A stretch of DNA of 54,762 nucleotides from Myxococcota bacterium (lineage in GTDB: Bacteria > Myxococcota_C > UBA6777): NCBI GenBank assembly GCA_023150835.1, contig JAKLKB010000063.1:1-54762 (forward strand), read 5' to 3'. Of this stretch, positions 1 to 10,237 are shown piece after piece. A program made the translations under genes and the position numbers. Each line of letters begins with the position of its first letter. Within the stretch, counting starts at the first letter, position 1. The notes under the pieces were generated by a model. The model was not told the origin of the DNA. It made no database searches and saw nothing but the letters and a program-made list of their open reading frames with translations.

Positions 1-151
1 TTTTCACGTACTTCACGGACGGAACTCGTAGAAACTGTTTGCTTTGAAAAAAGCAGCCGTCAAAGCGAACAGTCCGGAGCAGAAACCTCGTTACGCAGGG
101 AAAAAAGAGTCGTGTTGTCAGCGAAACGAATCGATTGAGTGGGTCCAAGTG
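1..151 (-). mobile_element. Partial copy (cut by the window edge) of the 230-bp REP-targeting inner element
   Basis: Reverse complement of 20126-20276 with about 1 mismatch. It ends in GGGTCCAAGTG and is followed directly by the target CACACCTGT-CTGCCCCTAC. Confidence 0.85.
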
Positions 152-203
152 CACACCTGTCTGCCCCTACATTTTTACGATAACACAACGGGCGGATTTC
201 GTA
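152..203 (+). repeat. Right half of a ~110-bp REP-containing MITE-like element
   Basis: CACACCTGTCTGCCCCTAC...GGCGGATTTCGTA matches the right part of the copies at 10119, 11713 and 47534. Confidence 0.85.
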
Positions 204-299
204 TCACCCCCCCCACACGCTCAGATCATAGGCAACATAAAAAGAACTCGACTCTTCAGAAACATTTGAAAGCTGCGTTGCAGTGGGGTCCGAAGTGCC

Positions 300-971
300 T
301 CAGTTGTTTTGTGCGCCCTGCTTGATCCAGTCTTCGAATTTCTGGATCTCGTCTGCGGCCAACGCTCCTCCCCTTGGCATCCGCGCCCCCGAAGGCGGAT
401 TGGGTTTCAATTTTAGCAATAGGTAGCTGTTGCTTGGATCGTTGGGAATCACGTACGTAGAAGAAGGATCGATCTTGCGTTTGACGTTGACGATGCTTGC
501 GTGAAGATTGTTTGCGTCGATCTTGAACTGCCCGCTGCTACCGTGGCAACCAAGACAGCCGTTGCTCTGGATGATCGGCAACAGATCTTTTTGCAAAGAG
601 ATCCCTGTGGACGTTTCAGGCGCAGGTTCGGGGTTCGCTTCGGTTTGGGGTTCGGGGGTCGCCTCAGCTTGCGCTTCGGGAGTGGCTTCTTGACCTGCTT
701 CAGGGGTCACTTCGGTTTGGGGTTCGGAAGTCACTTCGGTTTGGGGTTCAGAAGCTATTTCGGCTTGAGGTTCAGGAGTCGCTTCGATCTGGGGTTCGGG
801 GGTTGTTTCTTGGCCTGCTTCGGTGGCTACCTCTTGTACAGACTCAGCGGTGTTTTCGGTCGATGGGGGGCCACCACAGCCCGCAACAAACGAGACAGCA
901 GGGGCAGAAACAGCGATCAAGAGGGCCAACAAGAAACCAAGGGGATGTTTTGCTTTCGTGGGGGTAAGCAT
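300..971 (-). CDS. Lipoprotein with an acidic Pro/Glu/Thr repeat linker and a C-terminal monoheme cytochrome c-like domain
   Basis: Hydrophobic N-terminus with lipobox VAGC; 8-aa E-x-T-P/S-E-P-Q repeats; CxxCH (CLGCH) and a distal RMP Met; GGAG upstream of the ATG at 971. Confidence 0.75.
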   Translation of the reverse strand: MLTPTKAKHPLGFLLALLIAVSAPAVSFVAGCGGPPSTENTAESVQEVATEAGQETTPEPQIEATPEPQAEIASEPQTEVTSEPQTEVTPEAGQEATPEAQAEATPEPQTEANPEPAPETSTGISLQKDLLPIIQSNGCLGCHGSSGQFKIDANNLHASIVNVKRKIDPSSTYVIPNDPSNSYLLLKLKPNPPSGARMPRGGALAADEIQKFEDWIKQGAQNN

Positions 972-1085
972 CACGTCACACTCCATTTCAAGAAGAAGCA
1001 CATATTATCCATTTCGATGACAAACATCAGGCCACGCGGCCATCCCGAAGGATGAACGGTTTCGCACAAAAAGGCAAGCGACCGA

Positions 1086-3662
1086 TCAGGTGGATGAGGT
1101 GGGATGGAGCACTCGATGGAGGGTATCGAGAAGTGTTTGTGCGTTGTACGGTTTGGGTAAAAAGTGCCGAACACCCGCATCCGCAGCGCGAGCCACACCG
1201 CCATTTCCATCCAGACCGCTCGCCGCGATAATCAGGACATGGGGATTCATTCGCATCAAAGCGCGGATGGTGGTTGGGCCGTCCATGATCGGCATCATGA
1301 TATCCGTCAGCACCAATGCGATCTCATCGCCTCTTCGCGCATAGACAGCGACGGCATCCGCCCCATCCGTCGCGGTCACCACCCGATATCCAAAGACCTC
1401 AAGAGTCTGTTCTGTGATCTCGCGCACAGAGTGTTCATCATCCACGACCAAGATCAATTCGCCATTTCCGCGCTTGAGCTCGATCGCGGCTTTGTTGGAT
1501 GCGGATAGACCGCTCTGTTGAGCCGCAGGAAAATACAAACGAAAGGTGGTACCTTTGCCCACTTCCGAATAGACATTCACAAAGCCCCCATGACTACGCA
1601 TGATCGCGTCCACCGTAGAAAGCCCCAGACCTGTCCCTTTGCCGACTTCTTTGGTGGTAAAAAAGGGATCGAAGATCTTTTGCATCACTTCTTTGTTCAT
1701 CCCCACGCCTGTGTCCGAGATCGACACGCGTACATACTTGCCGACCAAAACATCTTCGCTCATCGCGGCATAATGTTCATCGAGCGCCACGTTCTCGGCA
1801 GAAACCATGATCAAGCCGCCCTGAGGCATGGCATCACGGGCGTTCACAAAAAGGTTCAACATGACCTGATGGATCTGTGTTGGATCGCCAAGGATCGGCC
1901 AGAGTTCGGGCGGAAACGCTGTTCGCATCGTGACGGTTTTGGGGAAAGTATCTCGAACCACGCGCACCAGTTCGGAAACCACCCGATCCAACGAGATCGC
2001 CACCTTTGCACCTTCGACGCCTCGCGCAAACGCCAGCACTTGCTTGACCATCTCGGCCCCGCGCTGTGCGCTCGCCTCGATCGTTGCGAGGGTATCCATC
2101 AGCATCGTCTCTCGGATCTCCGAACGCAGCACATCGATCGCAAGCAAGATCGGCGTCAACACGTTGTTGAGATCATGTGCGATCCCGCTCGCCAACGTAC
2201 CAATGCTTTCCATCCGCTGCGCTCGTAAAAATTGCGCCAAGAGTTTTTTTCGCTCCGTGATATCCGTGTTGATGCTCAACACACGATGGGGCCGCCCTTG
2301 TGCATCGCGCAACAAAGACCAACGGCACTCCATCGTACACGTCGTCCCATCTTTTTTGCGATGAACGGTTTCTCCTGTCCATTCGTTCGAGAGCAACAAG
2401 CTTTGCATCGCCTCGTCAAACCGAGAAAAATCCGTACACAACAGCGCTTTGCTCGATGCCCCAACCATCTCCTGTTTGGTCCAACCATACACCCGCTCGG
2501 CTCCATGGTTGGCATACAGGATCGTGTGATCCAATCCGCGCACCAAGATCGCATCTTGCGCACGATCCAACAGCTCGGCTTGCTCTCGCAGTCGCTCGAT
2601 GTTCTCCAAAAAGGGCGTCTCATCCGCCATCCCGCCCACCATCCGAATCGCACGCCCTTTGGCGTCTCGCGAAATCAACGCACGATCCATCACCCACGCA
2701 TACGTCCCATCGCTGCGCTGAAATCGATAGTGCGCGTGCCAAGTTTCCTCCCGACTCTCCAAGGCTCGATCGATCCCGCCCATCACGCGGTCGTGATCTT
2801 CTGGATGGATTCGACGTTTCCACAACGCGATATCGGACCCCAGTTCCGCAGGCGACAAACCAAAAGCCTTGTGAACCCCATCACTCCACCAAAGCACATC
2901 CGCCAACAGATCCCAGTCCCAGATCACATCACTGGTTGCGCGTGCCGCACTCCGAAACAGCGCCTCCATCCGACGCAGATCATCGATATCGCTCGATGAA
3001 CCATACCAACGCCGCGCTCTCCCATCTTCCGAGATTAACGGCATCGCTTGCACAAGATGCCAACGATACACCCCATCGTGCCGACGCAAGCGATATTCAC
3101 AAAGATACGGCTGCTTCGACGAAAACGCTTTCCACCATTTTTCGACCGCCTCTGCGGCATCTTCTGGATGCAACACACCCGCCCAGTCCCCTCGCGCCAA
3201 CACCTCATACGACACACCGCTGTAGCGCGTAAAACGCGATGTCACATAATCCACTTCGCCCTTCTCATTGGCTGTCCACACCATCGTCGGCATCGCTTCC
3301 GCAAGATGATGAAACGCTGCCTCGCTCTCCAACAACGCTTGTTCTGCCCGCTCCAACACCCCCCGATCATGTTCTTCCAAAAAGGCCCGTGTGGCCTTCA
3401 TGGCCTCTTCTTCTCCGTAAGATGCGATGATACGAATCCGCTCCAGTACCTCTCCAAGATATTTCTTTTCTCGCTCTATCGGACACATACCAATACCCAC
3501 GCCCTTCTCAAACAACCCTCGCCCAACCGATCGACAATCGAGTTTTTGTGTCTCTGCGCCTCTTGCATCGGTCTTTTGTGCCTCTACGCCTGTTCTATCG
3601 GCCGTTTGTGGCTCTGATCTCCACCTGCTCGCTGCACTCCACAGACTTTTTCGTAAGGACAT
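1086..3662 (-). CDS. Cytoplasmic hybrid sensor histidine kinase (3 PAS/PAC + HisKA + HATPase + receiver)
   Basis: PAS/PAC repeats; H-box GIAHDLNN; N-box NLFVNARDAM; G-boxes DTGVGM and GTGLGL; receiver LVVDDE...TDIMMP...KP. The true start may lie downstream of 3662. Confidence 0.93.
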   Translation of the reverse strand: MSLRKSLWSAASRWRSEPQTADRTGVEAQKTDARGAETQKLDCRSVGRGLFEKGVGIGMCPIEREKKYLGEVLERIRIIASYGEEEAMKATRAFLEEHDRGVLERAEQALLESEAAFHHLAEAMPTMVWTANEKGEVDYVTSRFTRYSGVSYEVLARGDWAGVLHPEDAAEAVEKWWKAFSSKQPYLCEYRLRRHDGVYRWHLVQAMPLISEDGRARRWYGSSSDIDDLRRMEALFRSAARATSDVIWDWDLLADVLWWSDGVHKAFGLSPAELGSDIALWKRRIHPEDHDRVMGGIDRALESREETWHAHYRFQRSDGTYAWVMDRALISRDAKGRAIRMVGGMADETPFLENIERLREQAELLDRAQDAILVRGLDHTILYANHGAERVYGWTKQEMVGASSKALLCTDFSRFDEAMQSLLLSNEWTGETVHRKKDGTTCTMECRWSLLRDAQGRPHRVLSINTDITERKKLLAQFLRAQRMESIGTLASGIAHDLNNVLTPILLAIDVLRSEIRETMLMDTLATIEASAQRGAEMVKQVLAFARGVEGAKVAISLDRVVSELVRVVRDTFPKTVTMRTAFPPELWPILGDPTQIHQVMLNLFVNARDAMPQGGLIMVSAENVALDEHYAAMSEDVLVGKYVRVSISDTGVGMNKEVMQKIFDPFFTTKEVGKGTGLGLSTVDAIMRSHGGFVNVYSEVGKGTTFRLYFPAAQQSGLSASNKAAIELKRGNGELILVVDDEHSVREITEQTLEVFGYRVVTATDGADAVAVYARRGDEIALVLTDIMMPIMDGPTTIRALMRMNPHVLIIAASGLDGNGGVARAADAGVRHFLPKPYNAQTLLDTLHRVLHPTSST

Positions 3663-3768
3663 CTACCAAGAGAGGCTTTTGATCTCCCTGATTGGCAGAA
3701 AGCGCGGTGTGTGGTGAATTGAAAACGGTCAACCACCACGATCTCCATATCGACCAAGGAGAGAAAAC

Positions 3769-6024
3769 GTGAAACGCTTGTCCTTTGCCATTTGTTGTCT
3801 GTTTTTGTGTAGCCTCGCAACCCCCCTATCGTACGCATCCCCACCCACAACACAACCCAACCCCGCTTCTTCCCCCACAACTTCTTCCACCCAAAAAGCC
3901 CAAACCACCGAGGAAAAAAAACACACCCCATCCCCCAAACACGCCCCATCCTCCAAAAAACGCCGCGCCCCTCCAGCCTACGAAGCCATCACAGTCGGGA
4001 CAAGACAACACGAAGACGCCTTCCGTTCGCCGCGAAGCTACAACCTACTCGACCGCAAACGCCTCGAAGAAAAGCGGCCTCGCAGCGTTCCCGAAGCCCT
4101 CCAAGAAGAAGCCGGGATCTTTGTCCAAAAAACCAGCCACGGCGCAGGCGCTCCGATCCTGCGCGGAACCATCGGCCCCCAAGTCTTGCTCGTCATGGAC
4201 GGGATCCGACTCAACAACGCGACGTATCGCTCAGGCCCCAACCAATACCTCAACGTCATCGATCCTTGGTCTCTTCAACGCATCGAAGTGTTGCGTGGCC
4301 CGGCTTCGTTGGCTTATGGAACCCAAGCCTTCGGTGGCGTGATCCGCCTCGAAAGCCAACGCCCGCTGCTTTCGTCCTCAGGCTCCCCTCTCTTTGGAGC
4401 CGAAGCCATCGGACGCTACGGCAGCAGCGACAACGAACGTACAGGGCACGCTGCCTTTCAGTTCTCGGCGGGTGGCCTTGGCCTCCACGCAGGCGTCACG
4501 TACAGCGACTTTGGCGACTTGCGGGCAGGAGGCGTCTTCACTAGCCCCAACAACACCACCCTCCAACGCAGCAAAACGCCCTTTGGCGACTTGATCACCG
4601 ACAGCCAAACAGGCGCACAAGCCTACAGCGCCTATCGTGCGCTGTTTGTGGATCTGCACGCCGAAGCCCGCCTGCACGACCGATGGACGCTTTCCGCCGT
4701 CTACCAACGCGCCATGATCTTTGACGCGGGACGCACCGACCAGTTGGCCAGCGGCGACCTGCGCTTCTACGACAACACCCGCGATCTCGCATACCTGCGC
4801 ATCAAAGGCCGTTTCGACGAATGGAACACGCGCCTCCAACTGGCCCTTTCTTTTCAAGATCAGTACGAAAAACTCGAACGCCCCCGCTACGACAAAGAAA
4901 CCCTGCTCAAGCTACAACGCACAGATCGGGGCAAAGACAACACCATGACATTTGGCTCCCAACTGTTCGGAGAGACAAGGCCCACAACATGGCTGCTCTT
5001 GCACTACGGCTTCGAGCATTACAGCGATCTGATCGCCACAGAAGCGTCTCGTGATGGAACTCCCCGAACACCCGAACTCGCCAACGGTTCCACCTACCAC
5101 ACCCTCGGAGGATACCTACACGGTCGCGCCAAGCTGTGGGGATGGGAACCCGAAAGCGGTTTGTACCTTCAACTGGGCGGGCGCTTTGGCGGAGATCTGG
5201 CAAATGCCCCTGCTCGCGACAACATCGAAGCTGTCGCCTTCCAACAGATCAATTACGCCCTTTCGGGCAGCGTCCAATTCCTCTACCGACGTTTTCTCAA
5301 CGTCAGCTTTTCCTATTCGGAGGGGCAGCGTTCCCCCAACATCCAAGAAACCACCACGCTCGGAGACACGGGCAATTCCTTTGAAGTCCCCAACCCTTCT
5401 TTACGACCCGAGATATCGCGTAGCCTCGAATGGATGATCCGAGGCCAATACCACAAACGCATCACGGCTTGGGTCAGCGGTTATTATAGCTTTTGGCAAG
5501 ATCTGATCACCCGAGAGAAAACCACTTACAAAGACCAAGACACCATCGACGGAAAACCTGTCGAACGCAACATCAACCGCCAACGCGCCGATGTCATGGG
5601 CGTAGAAAGCGGCTTGAGCCTCTGGATCGTCGCAGGATGGAGCGTTTCGGCATCGCTGACATGGACACGCGGGATCAGCTATCTTGACAATGGACAAACA
5701 GAACCTGTCTCCCGCATCCCACCGCTGTTTTCCACTCTTGCGATGCGCTATCACTTCGGAGAGTTCGCCTTCTTGGAGTTTTTTGCGCTGCTTGCCACCA
5801 CCCAAGATCAGCTTTCGGCCCGCGACAAAACCGACACTCGCATCCCCGAAGGCGGAACCCCGGGATGGTACACCCTCAACTTGCGCGGTGCCGCCAACCT
5901 ACACCGAAACATCCGCCTCGCGCTCCTGATAGAAAACTTGCTCAACTCCCCTTACAAATATCACGGCTCAGGCATCCTCGCCCCCGGCCTCAGCGCACGC
6001 CTCTCCCTCGAAGCCCGCCTCTAA
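3769..6024 (+). CDS. TonB-dependent outer membrane receptor
   Basis: AAGGAG RBS and GTG start; signal peptide; plug motifs (ILRG, LVMDGIRL, RIEVLRGPASLAYG...GGVI); C-terminal IENLLN..Y beta-signal region. Confidence 0.92.
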   Translation: MKRLSFAICCLFLCSLATPLSYASPPTTQPNPASSPTTSSTQKAQTTEEKKHTPSPKHAPSSKKRRAPPAYEAITVGTRQHEDAFRSPRSYNLLDRKRLEEKRPRSVPEALQEEAGIFVQKTSHGAGAPILRGTIGPQVLLVMDGIRLNNATYRSGPNQYLNVIDPWSLQRIEVLRGPASLAYGTQAFGGVIRLESQRPLLSSSGSPLFGAEAIGRYGSSDNERTGHAAFQFSAGGLGLHAGVTYSDFGDLRAGGVFTSPNNTTLQRSKTPFGDLITDSQTGAQAYSAYRALFVDLHAEARLHDRWTLSAVYQRAMIFDAGRTDQLASGDLRFYDNTRDLAYLRIKGRFDEWNTRLQLALSFQDQYEKLERPRYDKETLLKLQRTDRGKDNTMTFGSQLFGETRPTTWLLLHYGFEHYSDLIATEASRDGTPRTPELANGSTYHTLGGYLHGRAKLWGWEPESGLYLQLGGRFGGDLANAPARDNIEAVAFQQINYALSGSVQFLYRRFLNVSFSYSEGQRSPNIQETTTLGDTGNSFEVPNPSLRPEISRSLEWMIRGQYHKRITAWVSGYYSFWQDLITREKTTYKDQDTIDGKPVERNINRQRADVMGVESGLSLWIVAGWSVSASLTWTRGISYLDNGQTEPVSRIPPLFSTLAMRYHFGEFAFLEFFALLATTQDQLSARDKTDTRIPEGGTPGWYTLNLRGAANLHRNIRLALLIENLLNSPYKYHGSGILAPGLSARLSLEARL

Positions 6025-6085
6025 TACGATATCCGAAAGACGTGCATTTGTGGCAAATGATCGATGGTGTTCGAACGGACTCCTG
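6025..6085 (+). repeat. Degenerate fragment of the MITE-like element (left TIR only)
   Basis: TACGATATCCG abuts the TBDR stop codon TAA; the REP core is absent. Confidence 0.45.
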
Positions 6086-6089
6086 TGTT

Positions 6090-6851
6090 TTACAAGCTCG
6101 GTGCGGTGGGATTTTTTGCGTAGCAAAAGCTGCGAAAGGGTAAGCCTTGGCGCAAACAATACACCTCTCGCTCTGTTGGGGCAAAGTCATCGAAGATGAT
6201 CGGTTCGAATTCAGGGCGCAACACAAAACGCGGATCTTCGGCGAACATCGCTTCGACAATCTCAGCATAAGGCAACACGTCGGTTTTGATGCTCAAGACC
6301 CCGTCATCCGTCAACAAAGGATAAAGCAGGTCGAGAAAAACAGGGGTGAGCAGCCTTCGCGGGATGTGTTTGCGCTTCCACCAAGGGTCGGGGAAAAACA
6401 CAAATGCGCGGTCGATGCTGCGTTCGGGCAACAGCGACGGTAACGCAGCCCGACTATCCTCGAAGCATATCCGCAAGTTCGTGAGGCCCTGTTGGTGGAT
6501 CCTGTCCGCCATATCGATGCAGAGATGCTTGTGGATCTCGAAGCCAAGAAAGTGTTTGTGTGGAAAACGAGCCGCTCGATGGCGCAAAAACCCACCTCGA
6601 CCAAAACCGATCTCGACTTCGATAGGGGTGTGGCGCAAAAACGCCGATTTGTCGGCTTCTTCGGCAGCATCTTCAGGATGACGGCGGATCTCTGGGGCGG
6701 GTTGAAAGGTCAGATCATGAGCAAACCCTTGGCGTGTGGGCATCCGGGTGATATCACCCCCATAAATCCCCTTCCCGCGCTGGATCTGCTCGCGTACAGC
6801 TTCGGTTCTTTCTGGATCGATGGTAAAAGTGCGATTCTTTCCAATTCGCAT
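6090..6851 (-). CDS. trmB: tRNA (guanine-N7)-methyltransferase
   Basis: VEIGFGRGGF motif I, FLGFEI, FFPDPWWKRKH..RRL, IKTD and PTERE motifs. Start taken at MRIGKN. Confidence 0.9.
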   Translation of the reverse strand: MRIGKNRTFTIDPERTEAVREQIQRGKGIYGGDITRMPTRQGFAHDLTFQPAPEIRRHPEDAAEEADKSAFLRHTPIEVEIGFGRGGFLRHRAARFPHKHFLGFEIHKHLCIDMADRIHQQGLTNLRICFEDSRAALPSLLPERSIDRAFVFFPDPWWKRKHIPRRLLTPVFLDLLYPLLTDDGVLSIKTDVLPYAEIVEAMFAEDPRFVLRPEFEPIIFDDFAPTEREVYCLRQGLPFRSFCYAKNPTAPSL

Positions 6852-7074
6852 CGTTGGTCCATTTTCTGTTGGTTGGGTGGGATGAAAGCTATGTGATGTG
6901 GTTGAAGCAGCGCATCTTTTTGGTCGACAGAGCATCTTGAGTAGAGTGTCCTTCCGCATCGAATATGCGGAACATCGGGCTGTTTTGTATCAAGAAGCAG
7001 ACTCCGCAGACCACGAAAAAACATAGAGATGCCACAGATCCACGGCCTACGCAAATAAAAAGGAGAAAGCAAAG

Positions 7075-7941
7075 ATGCCGGAGCTACCCGAGGTTGAGAC
7101 GGTTCGACGTGGTTTAGAGCGGGTGTTGTTGGGACAACAGATCGTGGGGGGAGAAGTTTTGTTGGCGCGGAGTTTTTCGGGGGAGTGGTCGGAGCTGATA
7201 GGGCGGAAAGTGAGGGAAGTGGGACGGCGTGGAAAGGTCTTGCTGATCGGACTCGATCAAAAAAAAACAGCGTTGGTGCATTTGCGGATGACGGGGCAGT
7301 TGATCTACCAACCCCAAGACGGCAGTCCACGCGAGGGTGGCGGGCATCCAAGCGATGCGCTGATCCGCAAACTTCCCAATGCTCATACCCGCGTGTTCTG
7401 GGAGATGTCGAGTGGGGCTCGCCTCTTTTTCAACGATCAACGGACGTTTGGCTCGATCAAGCTCTTGGAAGATACAGAACTGCCGACAGAACCTTTTCTT
7501 GCGAAGTTGGGGCCTGAACCGTGGGACAAGGCTTTTTCTGTTGAAGCCTTGCATCAGGCGTTTCAACGCAGAAGCCGTTCGTCCGTCAAGGCGGTGCTGT
7601 TGGATCAAGAAGTGGTCGCAGGGATCGGGAACATCTATGCGGATGAATCGCTGTTTTTGAGCAGGGTCCATCCCGCCACGCCCGCAGGTGCGCTCCCGAA
7701 AACGCAGATCAGGCCGCTGATCGCAAAGATACGCGAAGTCTTGGAGCGCGGGATCGAGTACGGCGGGGTTTCTGCCCGTGATTACGTCAATGCCGAAGGT
7801 CTGCGTGGTCGTATGCAAGAACAATTGTACGTGTATGGCCGCGATGGGATGCCCTGCAAGCTGTGCGATACAACTCTTCAAAAGCTCCGAACAGCGGGCC
7901 GAGGAACCCACATCTGCCCTCGGTGTCAAAGCCAGCCCTAA
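7075..7941 (+). CDS. mutM: Formamidopyrimidine-DNA glycosylase (Fpg)
   Basis: MPELPEVE N-terminus, HLRMTG, LLDQ..VAGIGNIYADE H2TH motif and a C-terminal CxxC...CxxCQ zinc finger; AAGGAG RBS. Confidence 0.97.
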   Translation: MPELPEVETVRRGLERVLLGQQIVGGEVLLARSFSGEWSELIGRKVREVGRRGKVLLIGLDQKKTALVHLRMTGQLIYQPQDGSPREGGGHPSDALIRKLPNAHTRVFWEMSSGARLFFNDQRTFGSIKLLEDTELPTEPFLAKLGPEPWDKAFSVEALHQAFQRRSRSSVKAVLLDQEVVAGIGNIYADESLFLSRVHPATPAGALPKTQIRPLIAKIREVLERGIEYGGVSARDYVNAEGLRGRMQEQLYVYGRDGMPCKLCDTTLQKLRTAGRGTHICPRCQSQP

Positions 7942-8138
7942 CCCTCCTCCACAAACGCTTCGCTGCGATCGCCTTCACCAAGGCCAACCCGAAAACTATC
8001 CTTAGAACATCGGCCTTGATCGTCTTTGCTAAAGATTTTTTTGCAGCGATGTAAACGGCTTTCGCTTGGGGCGGGTCTGACGGGCTGTTGGCAAAGATGT
8101 GTTGGAGGCAGATTTTCACGGATAGAAGGTTGAAGACG

Positions 8139-8801
8139 ATGATCGCGACAGAGAAACTTCGACTCCCCCCCGCCGAGATCGAATCGCTGAGCAACGGGAC
8201 AACGCTCCAAACACAAGCCACACAGGCCAAAGAAAAAGAAAAGCTCTTCCGCGATCTGGTCACGCGCAATCGCCAACGTGCCTATTGGATGGCCTACGAT
8301 ATCTTACAAAATGCCGCAGAAGCCGAAGATTTGAGCCAAGAAGCGTTTTTGCGCGCTTACGAAAAATGGGACGAATTTCGCGGTGAATCCAGCCGCGATA
8401 CATGGACCTTGCGGATCTTGATCAATCTCTGCCTGAGCCACCGCCGACGCCGTGGCTTATGGAATCGGATCTCCGATTGGTTGCGCCAAGAAAGCCCTGA
8501 TGCCCAACTGATGGGGGGAAGCGATCACCCCCGAAACGCCGAACAGCACGCCGTCGATCACTCGATCTCTGAGGCCATCCGCGAAGCGATGAAACATTTA
8601 TCCGAAGGACAACGCACAGCCTTTGCCTTGCGCTACCTTCACGAGATGTCCATCCAAGAGATCGCCGAAGCCACAGGCAGCGCCGAAGGGACCATCAAGT
8701 CTCATTTGTTTCGGGCTTTGCGTGCGATGCGCATACACCTCGAAGCGCTCGGTATCTCTGACGAAGGACTCGCGAAACCCGAAGAAGGGTCAAAGACATG
8801 A
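8139..8801 (+). CDS. ECF RNA polymerase sigma factor
   Basis: Region 2 AEDLSQEAFLRAY...FRGES...TW; region 4 LRYLHEMSIQEIAEATGSAEGTIKSHLFRA. Confidence 0.92.
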   Translation: MIATEKLRLPPAEIESLSNGTTLQTQATQAKEKEKLFRDLVTRNRQRAYWMAYDILQNAAEAEDLSQEAFLRAYEKWDEFRGESSRDTWTLRILINLCLSHRRRRGLWNRISDWLRQESPDAQLMGGSDHPRNAEQHAVDHSISEAIREAMKHLSEGQRTAFALRYLHEMSIQEIAEATGSAEGTIKSHLFRALRAMRIHLEALGISDEGLAKPEEGSKT

Positions 8802-9412
8802 ATCGCTCAAACCCAACAACACCATCCGCGATCTTGGAGGCCAAAGACACCACAGAGCTTTCGCCCGAGATCCGCGCCTCCCTCACACAAGATGAAACGC
8901 TCCAAGAAACGTGGGCGCTTCATCAAATGGCCCTTCGATTCGGTGAATCTGTCCGCACCAAACGCAGCGAACAGCCGATCTCCGCGCTGTCTTCGCAAGG
9001 ATACCTCCAACGGATCGAAGCGCGCCTCGCACAACGCAAACAACAACAATCCCAAAAAACGTGGTGGCTTCGCGTTTATCAGGTCGCAGGGTCGGGCGTT
9101 GTGGTCGCAGCTTCGGCGATGTTGTTGTGGTGGACGCCCCAAAAGATCGCCCAAGATATCGCCCTTTCCTCCGAGCCGTTGAACCGCTCGATCCAACCAC
9201 GAACGCCTACAGCGATCGCCAAAAAAGACAACCTCGACCTTTGGCTGCAACGCCTCGATGGAAGCGCACTGTCCGAAATTGAACTCAACGAAACTCCATC
9301 ACGTTCGGACGATCCCCTCGCCGCCTTCGTCGATTCCGATGGACTCGCCCCGATCTCGCAAACCATCCCTGCCGCGCTGGAGGGCGTCTCCATCCTTTCC
9401 GAAGAAGAATAA
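8798..9412 (+). CDS. Putative single-TM anti-sigma factor
   Basis: ATGA overlap with the ECF sigma gene; one hydrophobic segment (VAGSGVVVAASAMLLWW). Function is inferred from context. Confidence 0.6.
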   Translation: MNRSNPTTPSAILEAKDTTELSPEIRASLTQDETLQETWALHQMALRFGESVRTKRSEQPISALSSQGYLQRIEARLAQRKQQQSQKTWWLRVYQVAGSGVVVAASAMLLWWTPQKIAQDIALSSEPLNRSIQPRTPTAIAKKDNLDLWLQRLDGSALSEIELNETPSRSDDPLAAFVDSDGLAPISQTIPAALEGVSILSEEE

Positions 9413-9524
9413 TTCGCCACGTTGAACGTGCCTTGACAACAATTTGTACTGCGTCAGGAGCCTGCGAAAAAGGCGAATGTTGCGCTCTTTCCGTCTCCTG
9501 ATCCTTCTCCAAAGGAGAACGTCG

Positions 9525-10118
9525 ATGAAACAGATGCTTCGATGGTTGGGAATGGCTGCTCTTGCCGCAATGACCGCTTCTACTGCGTATGCAGGCCCGG
9601 GCAAATGGGGCCGCAACGGTGGCGATGGAGGAGGAGGCGGTGGCCTCGGATTCACTCGTCTTGCGGAGATGCTCAACCTCACCCCCCAACAGCGCGATGC
9701 GATCAACAAGCTTCGTTACGACAATCAACGTGCGGTGATCCGTTTGCGTGCAGAACTCCAACTCGCACGATTGGATCTACGCCAACTGACCGAACAACAT
9801 CGCCCCGATCTCAAGCAAGTAGAAGCCATGATCGACAAAGTCGGACGCCTTGAGATCCAACTCAAAAAGTCCCGCATCCTGATGATGCTCAAGATGAAAG
9901 CCGTCTTGACCCCCGAACAAGCCGCAAAAGTCGCTGAACTGCGCAAACAACGCCGCGCACGATGGGGGAACCGTGGTCAGATGTGGCGTCGTCGCATGAT
10001 GTGGCGTCAACGCATGATGCAACAACGGATGGGCGGCGATCCCGACGGAGCCCCACGCGGCCCCGTCCCTCCGCCCCCACCCTCTGGCCCCGACAAATCC
10101 GACCCCGATCACAAATAA
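9525..10118 (+). CDS. Spy/CpxP/ZraP-like periplasmic stress protein
   Basis: AAGGAG RBS; signal peptide ending AYA; two LTxxQ motifs (LNLTPQQ, VLTPEQ). Confidence 0.85.
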   Translation: MKQMLRWLGMAALAAMTASTAYAGPGKWGRNGGDGGGGGGLGFTRLAEMLNLTPQQRDAINKLRYDNQRAVIRLRAELQLARLDLRQLTEQHRPDLKQVEAMIDKVGRLEIQLKKSRILMMLKMKAVLTPEQAAKVAELRKQRRARWGNRGQMWRRRMMWRQRMMQQRMGGDPDGAPRGPVPPPPPSGPDKSDPDHK

Positions 10119-10230
10119 TACGATACCCGCAAGATGCGTGATCGAAGGATCGTGCGTAGATGCCCTACGGTTGGGCAGCCACACCTTGCTGCCCCTACGT
10201 TTTATGATCACACGATGGACGGATCTCGTA
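10119..10230 (+). repeat. ~112-bp MITE-like element with internal GTAG-type REP hairpin
   Basis: TIRs TACGATACCCG / CGGATCTCGTA; core GGGCAGCCACACCTTGCTGCCCCTAC; TAA on both flanks. Confidence 0.85.
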
Positions 10231-10237
10231 TAACCTC

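Noticed and set aside
44-325. 93-aa ORF, and its twin at 20015-20233, as a gene or transposase fragment
   Set aside because: Both read through the non-coding repeat element and show no recognisable transposase motif.
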